Assembly: GCA_048882505.1 (NCBI GenBank)
Contig: JBHLRO010000018.1
Span: 30,001-62,000, forward strand
DNA: 32,000 nucleotides
Source: Candidatus Thorarchaeota archaeon
Lineage (GTDB): Archaea > Asgardarchaeota > Heimdallarchaeia > Hodarchaeales > Hodarchaeaceae
Direction of reading: 5' to 3'
The notes beneath the pieces were generated by a model. The model did no database searches. It was not told the origin of the DNA and worked only from the letters and a program-made list of their open reading frames with translations. The position numbers were made by a program, and so were the translations under genes. Every line of letters starts with the position of its first letter. Within the stretch, counting starts at the first letter, position 1. Shown here piece after piece: positions 1-8,472 of the stretch.

Positions 1-513
1 ATTGCAAAAGGGGTCCAAACCCTTCTGAAACGTCACATTGTTGATGAATTCGGAACAGGAAAAGGTCCAGAAACGGGAGAGGGTTCAGAACATAGAATCC
101 TAACTCCTCTAGCCAATCTACTGGCACGATTTATTGATGAAGATTCAGAGTATTTTTTGGATGTAATAGAAACGCATGGTTTCAAATTTGTCCTCATTGG
201 CAGATTAGTACCGTTTATTCCATTTGATGCGGTATCTTACGGTGCTGGTATGACAAGGATTCGTTTCTGGAGTTTTTTCATTCCCACTTTAATAGGTACT
301 ATTCCACGTGTTGCTTTTTACGTTTTATTAGGTGCTGGATTGGTATCCTTCGCTGAAACAGATCTAAACCTCTTTTTTATCATTCTCCTGGGAACAGCTC
401 TTGGAATTTTAGCTTTATACATTATTTTCATGAAAAAACTGAAACAATACGTCAGTAGAGAGGAAGAATCACAAGTTGACTTAGCTGAATCCCAATTTGG
501 ATCATTAGAGTGA
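1..513 (+). CDS. TVP38/TMEM64 (DedA/VTT-domain) membrane protein, 5'-truncated
   Basis: Frame 1 is open from base 1 to TGA at 511-513. It carries the VTT-family motif 'LIGRLVPFIPFDAVSYGAG' followed by two hydrophobic helices. Confidence 0.85.
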   Translation: MAKGVQTLLKRHIVDEFGTGKGPETGEGSEHRILTPLANLLARFIDEDSEYFLDVIETHGFKFVLIGRLVPFIPFDAVSYGAGMTRIRFWSFFIPTLIGTIPRVAFYVLLGAGLVSFAETDLNLFFIILLGTALGILALYIIFMKKLKQYVSREEESQVDLAESQFGSLE

Positions 514-757
514 ACTTATGGCATCTTCCCTCCTTTTTACTCTGATTCCGCATCGTTTGGTGTTTGGGATGTGAGGTAAAGGTCAAAATATGCAAGTATT
601 GATCCATTGGACTCCGAAAACGCGAGATCTCTCCCTTTAGAATAAACTGGTGTTCCAATAAATATAGCCATATTCAAAGATACGGGATCTACCGTTCTTT
701 TAAAACCAATAACCGCTAGTTTTCCTTCGACCGTTACTCGTCAGTGTTCGTTGTACA

Positions 758-1135
758 CTATATTAAAACTGCATCCACCGTACCAGTTTGGCCTGGACGA
801 CTTGTGACTCGAGCTAATCCTTTTTTGGTACGAATGATTGCTCCTTTCGTAATAATTTTACGGCGAGCAAAGTCACGATTCGCAGAATTATCTTCAATGT
901 CTTCAATTTCCAATTTTTCTGTTTTTCTCGGTTTTCCTGTTGATATATTGGCAAACTGAGTTACCTGAAGCCGGATTTTTCTATTTCCTCCACGAGTTCG
1001 AATAATCTTCTTCCGCCCCTCACCGAGATTTGTTAAAGCTGGGGGTCGTGCAAGGTCACGGCTTTTCTTTTTGGTGGAAACGTGATAGCGTCCTCCGCTA
1101 GGTTTACGCTTCGATCTTCTTTGTGTTCGCGCCAC
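758..1135 (-). CDS. rps8e: 30S ribosomal protein eS8
   Basis: 'RSKRKPSGGRY', 'IRTRGGNRKIRL' and 'ITKGAIIRT...ARVTSRPGQTG.VDAVL' are eS8 signatures. GTG start. Confidence 0.97.
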   Translation of the reverse strand: MARTQRRSKRKPSGGRYHVSTKKKSRDLARPPALTNLGEGRKKIIRTRGGNRKIRLQVTQFANISTGKPRKTEKLEIEDIEDNSANRDFARRKIITKGAIIRTKKGLARVTSRPGQTGTVDAVLI

Positions 1136-1219
1136 ATGTGTACCTTCCTATGATGAAGCTCTATGAGTCTTAGACAACCTGTCGAGCACAGGTTAAGCGA
1201 TTAAGGTTATTTATCATCC

Positions 1220-1552
1220 TTAAAGGGTGGTCTTTTGTGTTTTTTTCCCTCGTTTTTTACGAGTAAAACTCTTCAGCTTTTTTCTAACGGGGCGTTCTCC
1301 GATATAAATCACGTCATCTGATTTTACAAGCTGATAGATTTCTTTTTTCACTGCAATAACAATCCACGGACTTCGTGTTGAGCCAATCACCTCAATAATC
1401 TCCCCTATTTCCTTATATACACCATTTTTCCTAACGACAGCACGGGTTCCAATTTTTGGTAATTTTCCTTCTTTGACCTGAACAAGAACCTTTCCTTGGG
1501 TCTTTTTTGCACAAATTCCTAGTCTTTTTGGGTCTTGTGGCACGATCAACAT
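1220..1552 (-). CDS. gar1: H/ACA RNP subunit Gar1/Naf1 family protein
   Basis: 'LPKIGTRAV...IGEIIEVIGST.SPWIVI' matches the archaeal Gar1 beta-barrel pattern. Basic C-terminal tail; lies upstream of rps8e. Confidence 0.8.
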   Translation of the reverse strand: MLIVPQDPKRLGICAKKTQGKVLVQVKEGKLPKIGTRAVVRKNGVYKEIGEIIEVIGSTRSPWIVIAVKKEIYQLVKSDDVIYIGERPVRKKLKSFTRKKRGKKTQKTTL

Positions 1553-1636
1553 TTTCTCAGATAAATTTATATTATTTCTGAGGAGATATGAAGGCTAACT
1601 CAGAAAGATCTCGATTCAGAAAGCAAACGATAGAAA

Positions 1637-2860
1637 ATGGCTGATTTTGACGTGATAGTTGTTGGTGCTGGCCCCGCGGGGTTATCAGCAGGAATTACAA
1701 CAGCCCAATCTGGTTTAACTACCTTTATTATTGAAGAACACCAAGAAATCGGGCAACCTCTCGCTTGTGGGGAGGGAATCTCTGCAGAGAAGCTTTTAAC
1801 GCTCGAAAACATGCCAAAACCTCAAATTCAACTCCGAAAATCCCAACTTGAGTTACAAAGAACAGGGTCATTCATCGAACGTGGCTTAAATGTCCAACGC
1901 TTTTTTTTTGGAAATACAGGAGTAGCAACATCAAATCTTCCAGCTCTTACAATTAACCGCCCCAGATTTGATCAGATTATGGCGGAAAATGCCACAAAAA
2001 TGGGTGCTGAAATTAACCTGGGAACACAGGCTACTGGATTTCAATCTCAAAACCAAATGATGAAGGTTCAAACTACTAATGGAGATTACACCTGCAATGT
2101 AGTTATAGGGTGTGATGGCCCCTCTGCTCATTCAGTAAGAGAAATTGGATTGGAACCGCCCTCCGAGTACGTATCTGGTGTTGAATACCAGATCCAAGGT
2201 GTCCATACAGATGCCTTAGAATTTTATTTTGATTTCTCTAGATTACCAAAGATGCATTACGGCTGGGTATTCCCAAAAAGGAATTATACCAATGTAGGTA
2301 TTATCAGTGATCTTATATCACATCCTATGAAAATATTAGACGAATTCATTGGATATCTTAACCATAAAGAGATTGGAAACAGCAAAATTGTCAAAAAAAT
2401 AGCCGGAATCATGCCAGCTAGTGGGCCGATCCCTCAACCCTACACAGATCACTTTTTGGCGGCTGGCGATGCCGCTGGTCTTACAAATTCAATATTTTAT
2501 GGGGGAATCGCTATAGCTGTACACTCTGGTATGTTAGCAGGACAAACGACCGTCGAAGCACATGCCAACAACCGATTTGATGAAAGACAATTAAGTATAT
2601 ACCACAAAAAGATTATGGCCATGGATTATACCAGTCCAACGATAAAATCAGCCCACAATATCCTCTATACCAAGTTTACTGGTAAAGATCTTGAAGATTT
2701 TGGGCAAATGATTGATGGATGGAATATTACCTCTCTGAGTGCAATACAGAAACTCGTGCTTCCTTTAAAAGCTATTTTTCACCCGCGTTTGCTTCGAAAG
2801 TTCAGGGATGCCCGAATCGTAGCGCAGGGATTTAGTATTAGTCGAGATTGGGGTTTCTGA
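1637..2860 (+). CDS. Geranylgeranyl reductase family FAD oxidoreductase (digeranylgeranylglycerophospholipid reductase-like)
   Basis: N-terminal GxGxxG ('VVGAGPAG'), 'ACGEGI', 'INRPRFDQ', GGR motif 'YGWVFP' and 'AGDAAG'. Confidence 0.9.
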   Translation: MADFDVIVVGAGPAGLSAGITTAQSGLTTFIIEEHQEIGQPLACGEGISAEKLLTLENMPKPQIQLRKSQLELQRTGSFIERGLNVQRFFFGNTGVATSNLPALTINRPRFDQIMAENATKMGAEINLGTQATGFQSQNQMMKVQTTNGDYTCNVVIGCDGPSAHSVREIGLEPPSEYVSGVEYQIQGVHTDALEFYFDFSRLPKMHYGWVFPKRNYTNVGIISDLISHPMKILDEFIGYLNHKEIGNSKIVKKIAGIMPASGPIPQPYTDHFLAAGDAAGLTNSIFYGGIAIAVHSGMLAGQTTVEAHANNRFDERQLSIYHKKIMAMDYTSPTIKSAHNILYTKFTGKDLEDFGQMIDGWNITSLSAIQKLVLPLKAIFHPRLLRKFRDARIVAQGFSISRDWGF

Positions 2861-2988
2861 GATGTTTGTACTGTTTTCCGTTTATCGTTTTAAAACGAAG
2901 TACGTATAGAGTCGGATGGAGAGTCTTTAAGTAACGACCATACGGGCTCCACTTTGTAGAGATCTCGTCGAATTAGGAATGTGTAAAT

Positions 2989-3135
2989 GTGAAGAGTAAC
3001 GCAAAGTCTTTCCTAGCCCTTGGTCTTGGGATTATTTTCTTAACCCTGGCTATTTCCATCAACCAATTCGAGCTGATTCAAGAAATTATCTCTGAAATCA
3101 CTGACAGTGCCACTGCTGGTTTACCTCTCCCCTAG
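2989..3135 (+). CDS. Small single-TM hypothetical protein (48 aa), not in ORF track
   Basis: Hand translation from GTG 2989 gives MKSNAKSFLALGLGIIFLTLAISINQFELIQEIISEITDSATAGLPLP*. It has a clear hydrophobic helix, and its stop overlaps the AGGTG ribosome-binding site of the next gene. Confidence 0.65.
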   Translation: MKSNAKSFLALGLGIIFLTLAISINQFELIQEIISEITDSATAGLPLP

Positions 3136-3145
3136 GTGTATATCC

Positions 3146-4057
3146 ATGGGTTATCATAAAAAACCGAAAGTTAATCTTACTAAACTCCGGCTTTTCCGTG
3201 TGTTCGTTCAGGGTGTTATGTTTTTACTCCTAAATTTGACTTTTTTTTCTATTGGAGCAACTTGGTTAGTTCTTCCTGTGGTAATGCCTCGAGCTCTGTT
3301 TACTACCAGTGAGGGAGCTTTTGATCTCCTACAACGGATGTTAACAATGGCTATTGTTCCGTTAGTTCCACTCGCCGTGTTTTTGATCATCGGTGCGCTA
3401 GTCGGTCGAATGTTTTGCGCGTGGGCATGTCCAATTGGACTTGCCCAAGACTTGGTTGGATTTGCCACCACCTGGAAAAGGAAGTACGAACCTACTCGTG
3501 AAACCAATTTGAATCTACGTCAAATAGGAGAATTCATAACAGGAGCTACTTTGTTGATTTCGATCTTTATCGGGATTAATGTTGGACTTGGAAACACAGC
3601 TGAAGTAGAAGATGCCTTTGGTTTCTTTGCTTATCAACCCTGGACCCTTTTAAGTCCCGCAACCTTCTTGTTTGTCATAATTCCCGGTCTTTTCTATTGG
3701 GGGGGAATTAGTAACCTCTTGGTTTGGGAACAGCTCGTCCTTATTGACATCATATTTTGGATTCGATTAGCGATCTTCGTATTTGCCTTCATTCTCGTTA
3801 TTTATGTACCGAAGGGTTGGTGCAGATGGTTCTGTCCAGTGGGAATCATCATGGGGTATTTGGCAAAACATTCGATTGTTGGGGTTGGTAGAAATGTCAC
3901 AAAATGTACACACTGCGGTTGGTGTGAAGACGTATGCCCCACAGGGGTACGTGTGCTTGCACATCCTCCAGAAAGGGTGAGATCCGAGCAGTGTATCAAT
4001 TGTTTGGATTGTATTGCGGTCTGTCCTGATGATGCCATGGAACTAAAGCTTTTCTAA
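3146..4057 (+). CDS. Membrane-bound 4Fe-4S protein of NapH/MauN/RdxA (quinol dehydrogenase-like) family
   Basis: Two CxxxCP motifs ('FCAWACPIG', 'WCRWFCPVG'), two C-terminal CxxCxxCxxxCP ferredoxin motifs and several TM segments. ATG 3146 follows SD-like AGGTG (3134-3138) and is preferred over GTG 3107. Confidence 0.88.
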   Translation: MGYHKKPKVNLTKLRLFRVFVQGVMFLLLNLTFFSIGATWLVLPVVMPRALFTTSEGAFDLLQRMLTMAIVPLVPLAVFLIIGALVGRMFCAWACPIGLAQDLVGFATTWKRKYEPTRETNLNLRQIGEFITGATLLISIFIGINVGLGNTAEVEDAFGFFAYQPWTLLSPATFLFVIIPGLFYWGGISNLLVWEQLVLIDIIFWIRLAIFVFAFILVIYVPKGWCRWFCPVGIIMGYLAKHSIVGVGRNVTKCTHCGWCEDVCPTGVRVLAHPPERVRSEQCINCLDCIAVCPDDAMELKLF

Positions 4058-4162
4058 GTATTGCGCAGCTTGAGGCGTTTAGTTGGATAAGGAGCTCTGA
4101 TTTGATATTTCATTAGTCCTAAGGAGTATTAGAAAGGAGGAATCGACATAAAACTAAAAGGA

Positions 4163-5008
4163 ATGGAGAAGCTGCAAGAGAAACTCCCAAATTATCCTGG
4201 AAAACGACTTATCTTAATTCCTCTTCTTTTCTTCATCTCCTTCATTTTTGGGCTGTTCTTTTTGCTAATTTCTTATACGTTAACGGATGCATTTCCCAAT
4301 AATGAATTTTCAATTGTCCTGAAACCCAGTTTGCCTATATTTGGTCAAACTTTGCTGGTCGGAATAGGATTCTTCCTGATATCCCGTGTTTGGGCACGTA
4401 GAAACCATTTGATCACTCAAAGCTACGAACTCGCATTCCAACGAGGATTCATATGGGGTATCCTTGGGATTCCACTTGTCCTAGCTACAATAACTCACAA
4501 TTATTTTCTTGTATTTCTGCCTGAACAGCCTGTAAATACATTTTTTGCCTATTTATTTGACTCTATAATAACTATACTCGATCTACCTCAGCTAATATCC
4601 TTGATCGCTCAATCAACAGGAATTTTTTTCTTATTATTGGGAATGTTGACTGGCTATAGAGCTTTAGCAACATTCGGGGTGGATTACATGGCCCTGATCT
4701 ATCTTTACTATCCAGAAGAGTCGGAACTTCAAGACCACAAGATTTATTCAGTTCTTCGTCATCCTGCATATTTTGGGTTGGTATTGGTAGCGGTTGGTGG
4801 ATTTTTTTTCCGATTATCTGGCTATGCACTCTATACGCTAATCATTTTCTTAATCGGAATAAAAATACATCTCGTTCTTGTTGAAGAAAAGGAATTAATA
4901 GAAAGATTTGGAGATTCATACCGTCAATATAAGATGCGGGTACCTGCACTGATGCTTGAACCTGGACAAGTAATATCTTTTCTTCGATTCATCCTAGGTC
5001 GTGAATGA
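4163..5008 (+). CDS. Isoprenylcysteine carboxyl methyltransferase/phospholipid methyltransferase (ICMT/PEMT) family membrane protein
   Basis: C-terminal 'IYSVLRHPAYFG...EEKELIERFGDSYRQYKMRVP' motif, multiple TM helices and an upstream AGGAGG SD. Confidence 0.85.
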   Translation: MEKLQEKLPNYPGKRLILIPLLFFISFIFGLFFLLISYTLTDAFPNNEFSIVLKPSLPIFGQTLLVGIGFFLISRVWARRNHLITQSYELAFQRGFIWGILGIPLVLATITHNYFLVFLPEQPVNTFFAYLFDSIITILDLPQLISLIAQSTGIFFLLLGMLTGYRALATFGVDYMALIYLYYPEESELQDHKIYSVLRHPAYFGLVLVAVGGFFFRLSGYALYTLIIFLIGIKIHLVLVEEKELIERFGDSYRQYKMRVPALMLEPGQVISFLRFILGRE

Positions 5009-5028
5009 CTAATTTCAATTTTGGAAAC

Positions 5029-5247
5029 TTAGCTTCCCCAACGTAGGCGTTCAAGTTTTCGGTCTTTCTTCAGCTGCTTCTTTATTTTCCGATAGTGGTC
5101 GGCGCAAAGATGTACCTTTGTTTTTTTGTCTCGAACCGCTAGGCCCAATCCAGCTTGTTGGATCGCCGCACCAGCTTTTTCACGGGAAACTGTCCGCTTA
5201 CTTTCATTAACACAATTTTCGACGTCACAATTCTTCCTAGGAGCCAT
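5029..5247 (-). CDS. Small basic putative Zn-binding conserved archaeal protein (72 aa)
   Basis: MAPRKNCDVENC...VHLCADHYRKIKK...KLERLRWGS has C-x4-C and C-x2-H motifs and a very basic C-terminal helix. Co-directional with the upstream KaiC-like gene; start could be 5271. Confidence 0.75.
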   Translation of the reverse strand: MAPRKNCDVENCVNESKRTVSREKAGAAIQQAGLGLAVRDKKTKVHLCADHYRKIKKQLKKDRKLERLRWGS

Positions 5248-5277
5248 CGCCATCAAACCAATAATAGCCATAATGCT

Positions 5278-6033
5278 TCAATGAGGAGTAAGTTCAATAT
5301 GACCAGGACTCGGGCTGAATCCGAATTCCGTCGCCTCCAATTCTGCAAGTCGAATGCCAGGAACCTTAAGAATCTGGAGCATCTCCATAGAAACGTCCGT
5401 TTCATCTGAAGGAATCACGTTTCGAAGACGTAACACTCCATCACAATAATGTTCTATAGCTTTAACGATCTGGGCGTTGTGAACATCTGTATGTAGTGTG
5501 AACAGACTTACGATTCCCATTTCTTTGTCCGTGGCGATTTTGTGTTGTAAGAAGGCCATGGGAGCCTTTAACGTGTCAGAGACCAAAAGAATAGTGGTTA
5601 AGGAGTCAAGTACTCCACGAACAGGTTGATTGCGAACGTGGAGGAGAGAGCGCCGGATTTGATCGGTTACCTGGCGGGGTTGCGTGATGTCTCGAACCAC
5701 ATTCTCCGCGGCAGTCGTCATTGGGCGTCCCTCGGAGTACCCAAAGGGATTGGAAAACGCATCCAAAAATACCAACCGCTTGGTCTCAAAGGTAACTTCA
5801 GAGATATTGTAGGGGACGAACAAGGGCGAGTAATGGCCGAATAGATGTTCTGTGCTAAGAAAATAACCATATTCTCCAGTTCTAAGGCCTTCTGATAAGA
5901 ATTGGACCAAAATGTGTTCAGTGTTAATGCCAACCTCGTCCTCAATTAGGATGATGGAACCGCGGGGAACACCACCACCGAGTGCATCGTCCAATAAGGG
6001 GATTCCGAACTTAGCTCGATCTTCTAAAGCCAA
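5278..6033 (-). CDS. RecA-superfamily KaiC/RAD55-like ATPase-domain protein, degenerate P-loop
   Basis: 'FGIPLLDDALGGGVPRGSIILI', 'RGVLDSLTT' and 'AIEHYCDGVLRL'. The Walker A position reads EDEVGINT. Confidence 0.85.
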   Translation of the reverse strand: MALEDRAKFGIPLLDDALGGGVPRGSIILIEDEVGINTEHILVQFLSEGLRTGEYGYFLSTEHLFGHYSPLFVPYNISEVTFETKRLVFLDAFSNPFGYSEGRPMTTAAENVVRDITQPRQVTDQIRRSLLHVRNQPVRGVLDSLTTILLVSDTLKAPMAFLQHKIATDKEMGIVSLFTLHTDVHNAQIVKAIEHYCDGVLRLRNVIPSDETDVSMEMLQILKVPGIRLAELEATEFGFSPSPGHIELTPH

Positions 6034-6123
6034 TAGATATGTCTCCTGTTGAATTGTTAAGCCTGCTATTGATTTAGCAGCTTACTGTTTTCAGCATATG
6101 TTGATTTCGAACATGCTTTCAAC

Positions 6124-7002
6124 ATGTTAAAAGAATGTCCTATTGATGTTAATAAGGAAATGAAATATCCGATTAATAATGGTGAATATCTCGTGAAAAT
6201 CGAGTTTCTTGGGGTTCCGACACCCTCTAAAGTCACAAAATTGGATCAAAACATAACATCAATTCTGCTCGATGCGTTCGAATCCAATAATTTCGTTTTA
6301 CGCGATAGGGATGTTATTATCATCGCCAGCAAGATTGTTTCTATCGCCGAAGGGGGGCAGCGGCCAATGGATTCTATTGCAGAGGTTAGCGAACGCGCAA
6401 AGGAAATTGCGTATATGGCAAAGCTGGATCCACGATTTGTCGAAACGGTTTTGCAGGAAGCGGATGACGTTTTTGGAGCCGTTCCGGGAGCTGTCCTTGC
6501 CTTACGAGATAAAGTTCTCCAAGCTAATGCCGGAGTAGATCAAAGTAATGCGGGAGGAGAGGGTTTTTTAATCGTTTTACCTAAGGATCCCGTAAAAACC
6601 GCAAAATCGATCCATGATGAGATTTATGCTCGTACAAGAAAAAAAGTGGGGATAATTATTTCGGATTCGAAAACCCACCCCCTGAGACGAGGCACATCAG
6701 GTTTTGCCCTCGCAGTTGCGGGATTTAGTCCGATTATTGATGATCGTGGATCTTTAGACCTTTTTGGACGTTCGATGAGGATAACATCTCGTGCTATTGC
6801 GGACAATCTCGTGTGTGGTGCCGAAATACTCATGGGCGAGTCCGCGCAACAGGTACCTATTGTAATTGCTCGGGGATGCGATGAACTTTCCTTCCATAAA
6901 GGGAAGGTAGATGAGTACGAAAACAACCAACAGATGAAGATGGATCCGGAATTGTGTCTATATATGGGTCCATTATGGTATTCTCGAAAAGAAGAAGGGT
7001 AA
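6124..7002 (+). CDS. cofE: CofE/COG1478 family gamma-glutamyl ligase (F420-0:glutamate ligase or FolC2-like)
   Basis: 'DVIIIASKIVSIAEG', 'ANAGVDQSN', 'IIISDS', 'RRGTSGFAL' and 'DLFGR.MRIT..AIADNL'. Confidence 0.88.
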   Translation: MLKECPIDVNKEMKYPINNGEYLVKIEFLGVPTPSKVTKLDQNITSILLDAFESNNFVLRDRDVIIIASKIVSIAEGGQRPMDSIAEVSERAKEIAYMAKLDPRFVETVLQEADDVFGAVPGAVLALRDKVLQANAGVDQSNAGGEGFLIVLPKDPVKTAKSIHDEIYARTRKKVGIIISDSKTHPLRRGTSGFALAVAGFSPIIDDRGSLDLFGRSMRITSRAIADNLVCGAEILMGESAQQVPIVIARGCDELSFHKGKVDEYENNQQMKMDPELCLYMGPLWYSRKEEG

Positions 7003-7017
7003 TTGAGGTTGAAATAG

Positions 7018-7869
7018 GTGTTGATTGAAGGGACGCTTGGTGGTAAACCCCTAGGCGATAAGGAACCTACCCAAATTATGGGTGTAATTAATCTATCTCC
7101 TGGTTCGTTTTTCAAGGGGAGCGTGAAAACCTCAAAATCTGAGATTGGCTCTCAAATATCAAAGATGATTGAGGCTGGCGCAGACTTCCTAGATGTTGGG
7201 GCGATCTCCAGTGCCCCCACGTTTTTATACCAGGGATCAGATATTGTCTCGGAATCAACAGAGCGAGAGCGTCTATCTAAGTTCTTTGATGCCTTCAATG
7301 ATGTTGGCGAGGAAATACCTGTGTCAATAGATACCCAATCTGCTGAAACCGCAGAATACGCCCTCTCGAAGGGAGCCACCATCATTAATGACATCTCCGG
7401 GTTTAAAAGCGATCAGCGTCTTCCAACCGTAATTGCAGATCATCAAGCCTCAGCAATAGTCATGTCATGCCGGGATAAACCAGGAGATGTTTATGTTATG
7501 CCAAAAATCCTGTTAGAACTACAAAACAGTCTAAATATTGGACAGAATGCGGGTATTCCTGATTCTAAGATGGTTGTGGATCCTGGCCTGGGCGGGTGGG
7601 TACCAGAGCGTGAAATTGAGGCGGATTATAATATTCTCAAGGATTTACCTGAAATGAGATCTTTGGGTCGCCCTATCTTGCTTGGAATTAGTCGAAAGTC
7701 ATTTATAGGCAAAGTATTGAACGAGCCACCAGATGGACGACTTTCTGGATCTTTAGCGGCAACAGCAATTGGAGTCTCACTTGGTGCACATATTATACGC
7801 ACCCATGATGTGAGAGAGACCAAAGATGCTTGTAAAGTTGCGTTTTTATTAAAACAATACAGTTTATAG
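7018..7869 (+). CDS. folP: Dihydropteroate synthase
   Basis: 'IMGVINLSPGSF', 'SIDT', 'INDISG', 'DPGLG', 'GISRKSFIG' and 'IRTHDV'. Confidence 0.93.
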   Translation: MLIEGTLGGKPLGDKEPTQIMGVINLSPGSFFKGSVKTSKSEIGSQISKMIEAGADFLDVGAISSAPTFLYQGSDIVSESTERERLSKFFDAFNDVGEEIPVSIDTQSAETAEYALSKGATIINDISGFKSDQRLPTVIADHQASAIVMSCRDKPGDVYVMPKILLELQNSLNIGQNAGIPDSKMVVDPGLGGWVPEREIEADYNILKDLPEMRSLGRPILLGISRKSFIGKVLNEPPDGRLSGSLAATAIGVSLGAHIIRTHDVRETKDACKVAFLLKQYSL

Positions 7870-7895
7870 GGATTTTTCTGAGCGAGGCTTTCCAA

Positions 7896-8294
7896 TTGGA
7901 TGAAAAACTCGAATTCCTTGCCAATCAAAAACTTCTTCACCTAGCTACAATGGATAAAGACGGTCATCCCCATGTAGTTCCCGTCTGGTATCAATATGTT
8001 CATGGAAAACTTTACATTGGAAGCCATACGCGTACAAAAAAAGTAAAAAACATCCTAAATGATCCACGCATTAGTTTTTGTGTGGATGTTGGCATCCGTG
8101 CCCCCATTTATGGTGTTATGGGAGTTGGAGATGCTCATATACTGCTGGATAATAAGCGTGTTGTTTCAATTGCAGAGCAGATCCTCCTTCGCTATTTCGA
8201 TACCCTTAAGCATCCAAATGCGGCGGAGATCCTAGCTGATACAAATTGTGTCATTGAAATCACCCTACACTCAATTGTCTCATGGAAATACTGA
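7896..8294 (+). CDS. Pyridoxamine 5'-phosphate oxidase family (split beta-barrel flavin/F420-binding) protein
   Basis: 'LATMDKDGHPHVVPVWY' and 'KVKNILNDPRISFCVD'. Confidence 0.88.
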   Translation: MDEKLEFLANQKLLHLATMDKDGHPHVVPVWYQYVHGKLYIGSHTRTKKVKNILNDPRISFCVDVGIRAPIYGVMGVGDAHILLDNKRVVSIAEQILLRYFDTLKHPNAAEILADTNCVIEITLHSIVSWKY

Positions 8295-8472
8295 ATGCTC
8301 ATAGGCTCATCTCAATAAGAGATGACTTATAATATCTCAAGGAGAAGTAAAAAACAACGAAGGTACCGGAAAGTACATAGTAATAGTAACAAAACCAACC
8401 CCGTTTTCACTTAATAATAACTGGTTTCCTCGTTACTGTTGCCAAAGACGACCTTAGTGATGTGTATTAATA

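Noticed and set aside
514-757. 240-nt gap after rps8e, examined for SRP19, SRP RNA or another gene (incl. track ORF 452-658)
   Set aside because: No SRP19 motifs in any minus-strand frame and no GC-rich SRP-RNA-like structure. The 68-aa ORF overlaps the upstream gene antisense and has no recognisable features.
1149-1200. ATGATGA resembling a C/D-box sRNA box C
   Set aside because: No downstream CTGA D/D' boxes at suitable spacing, and it is antisense to the operon.
6624-7940. Antisense ORFs over cofE/folP (6624-7115, 7152-7394, 7626-7940)
   Set aside because: Shadow ORFs of well-supported genes.
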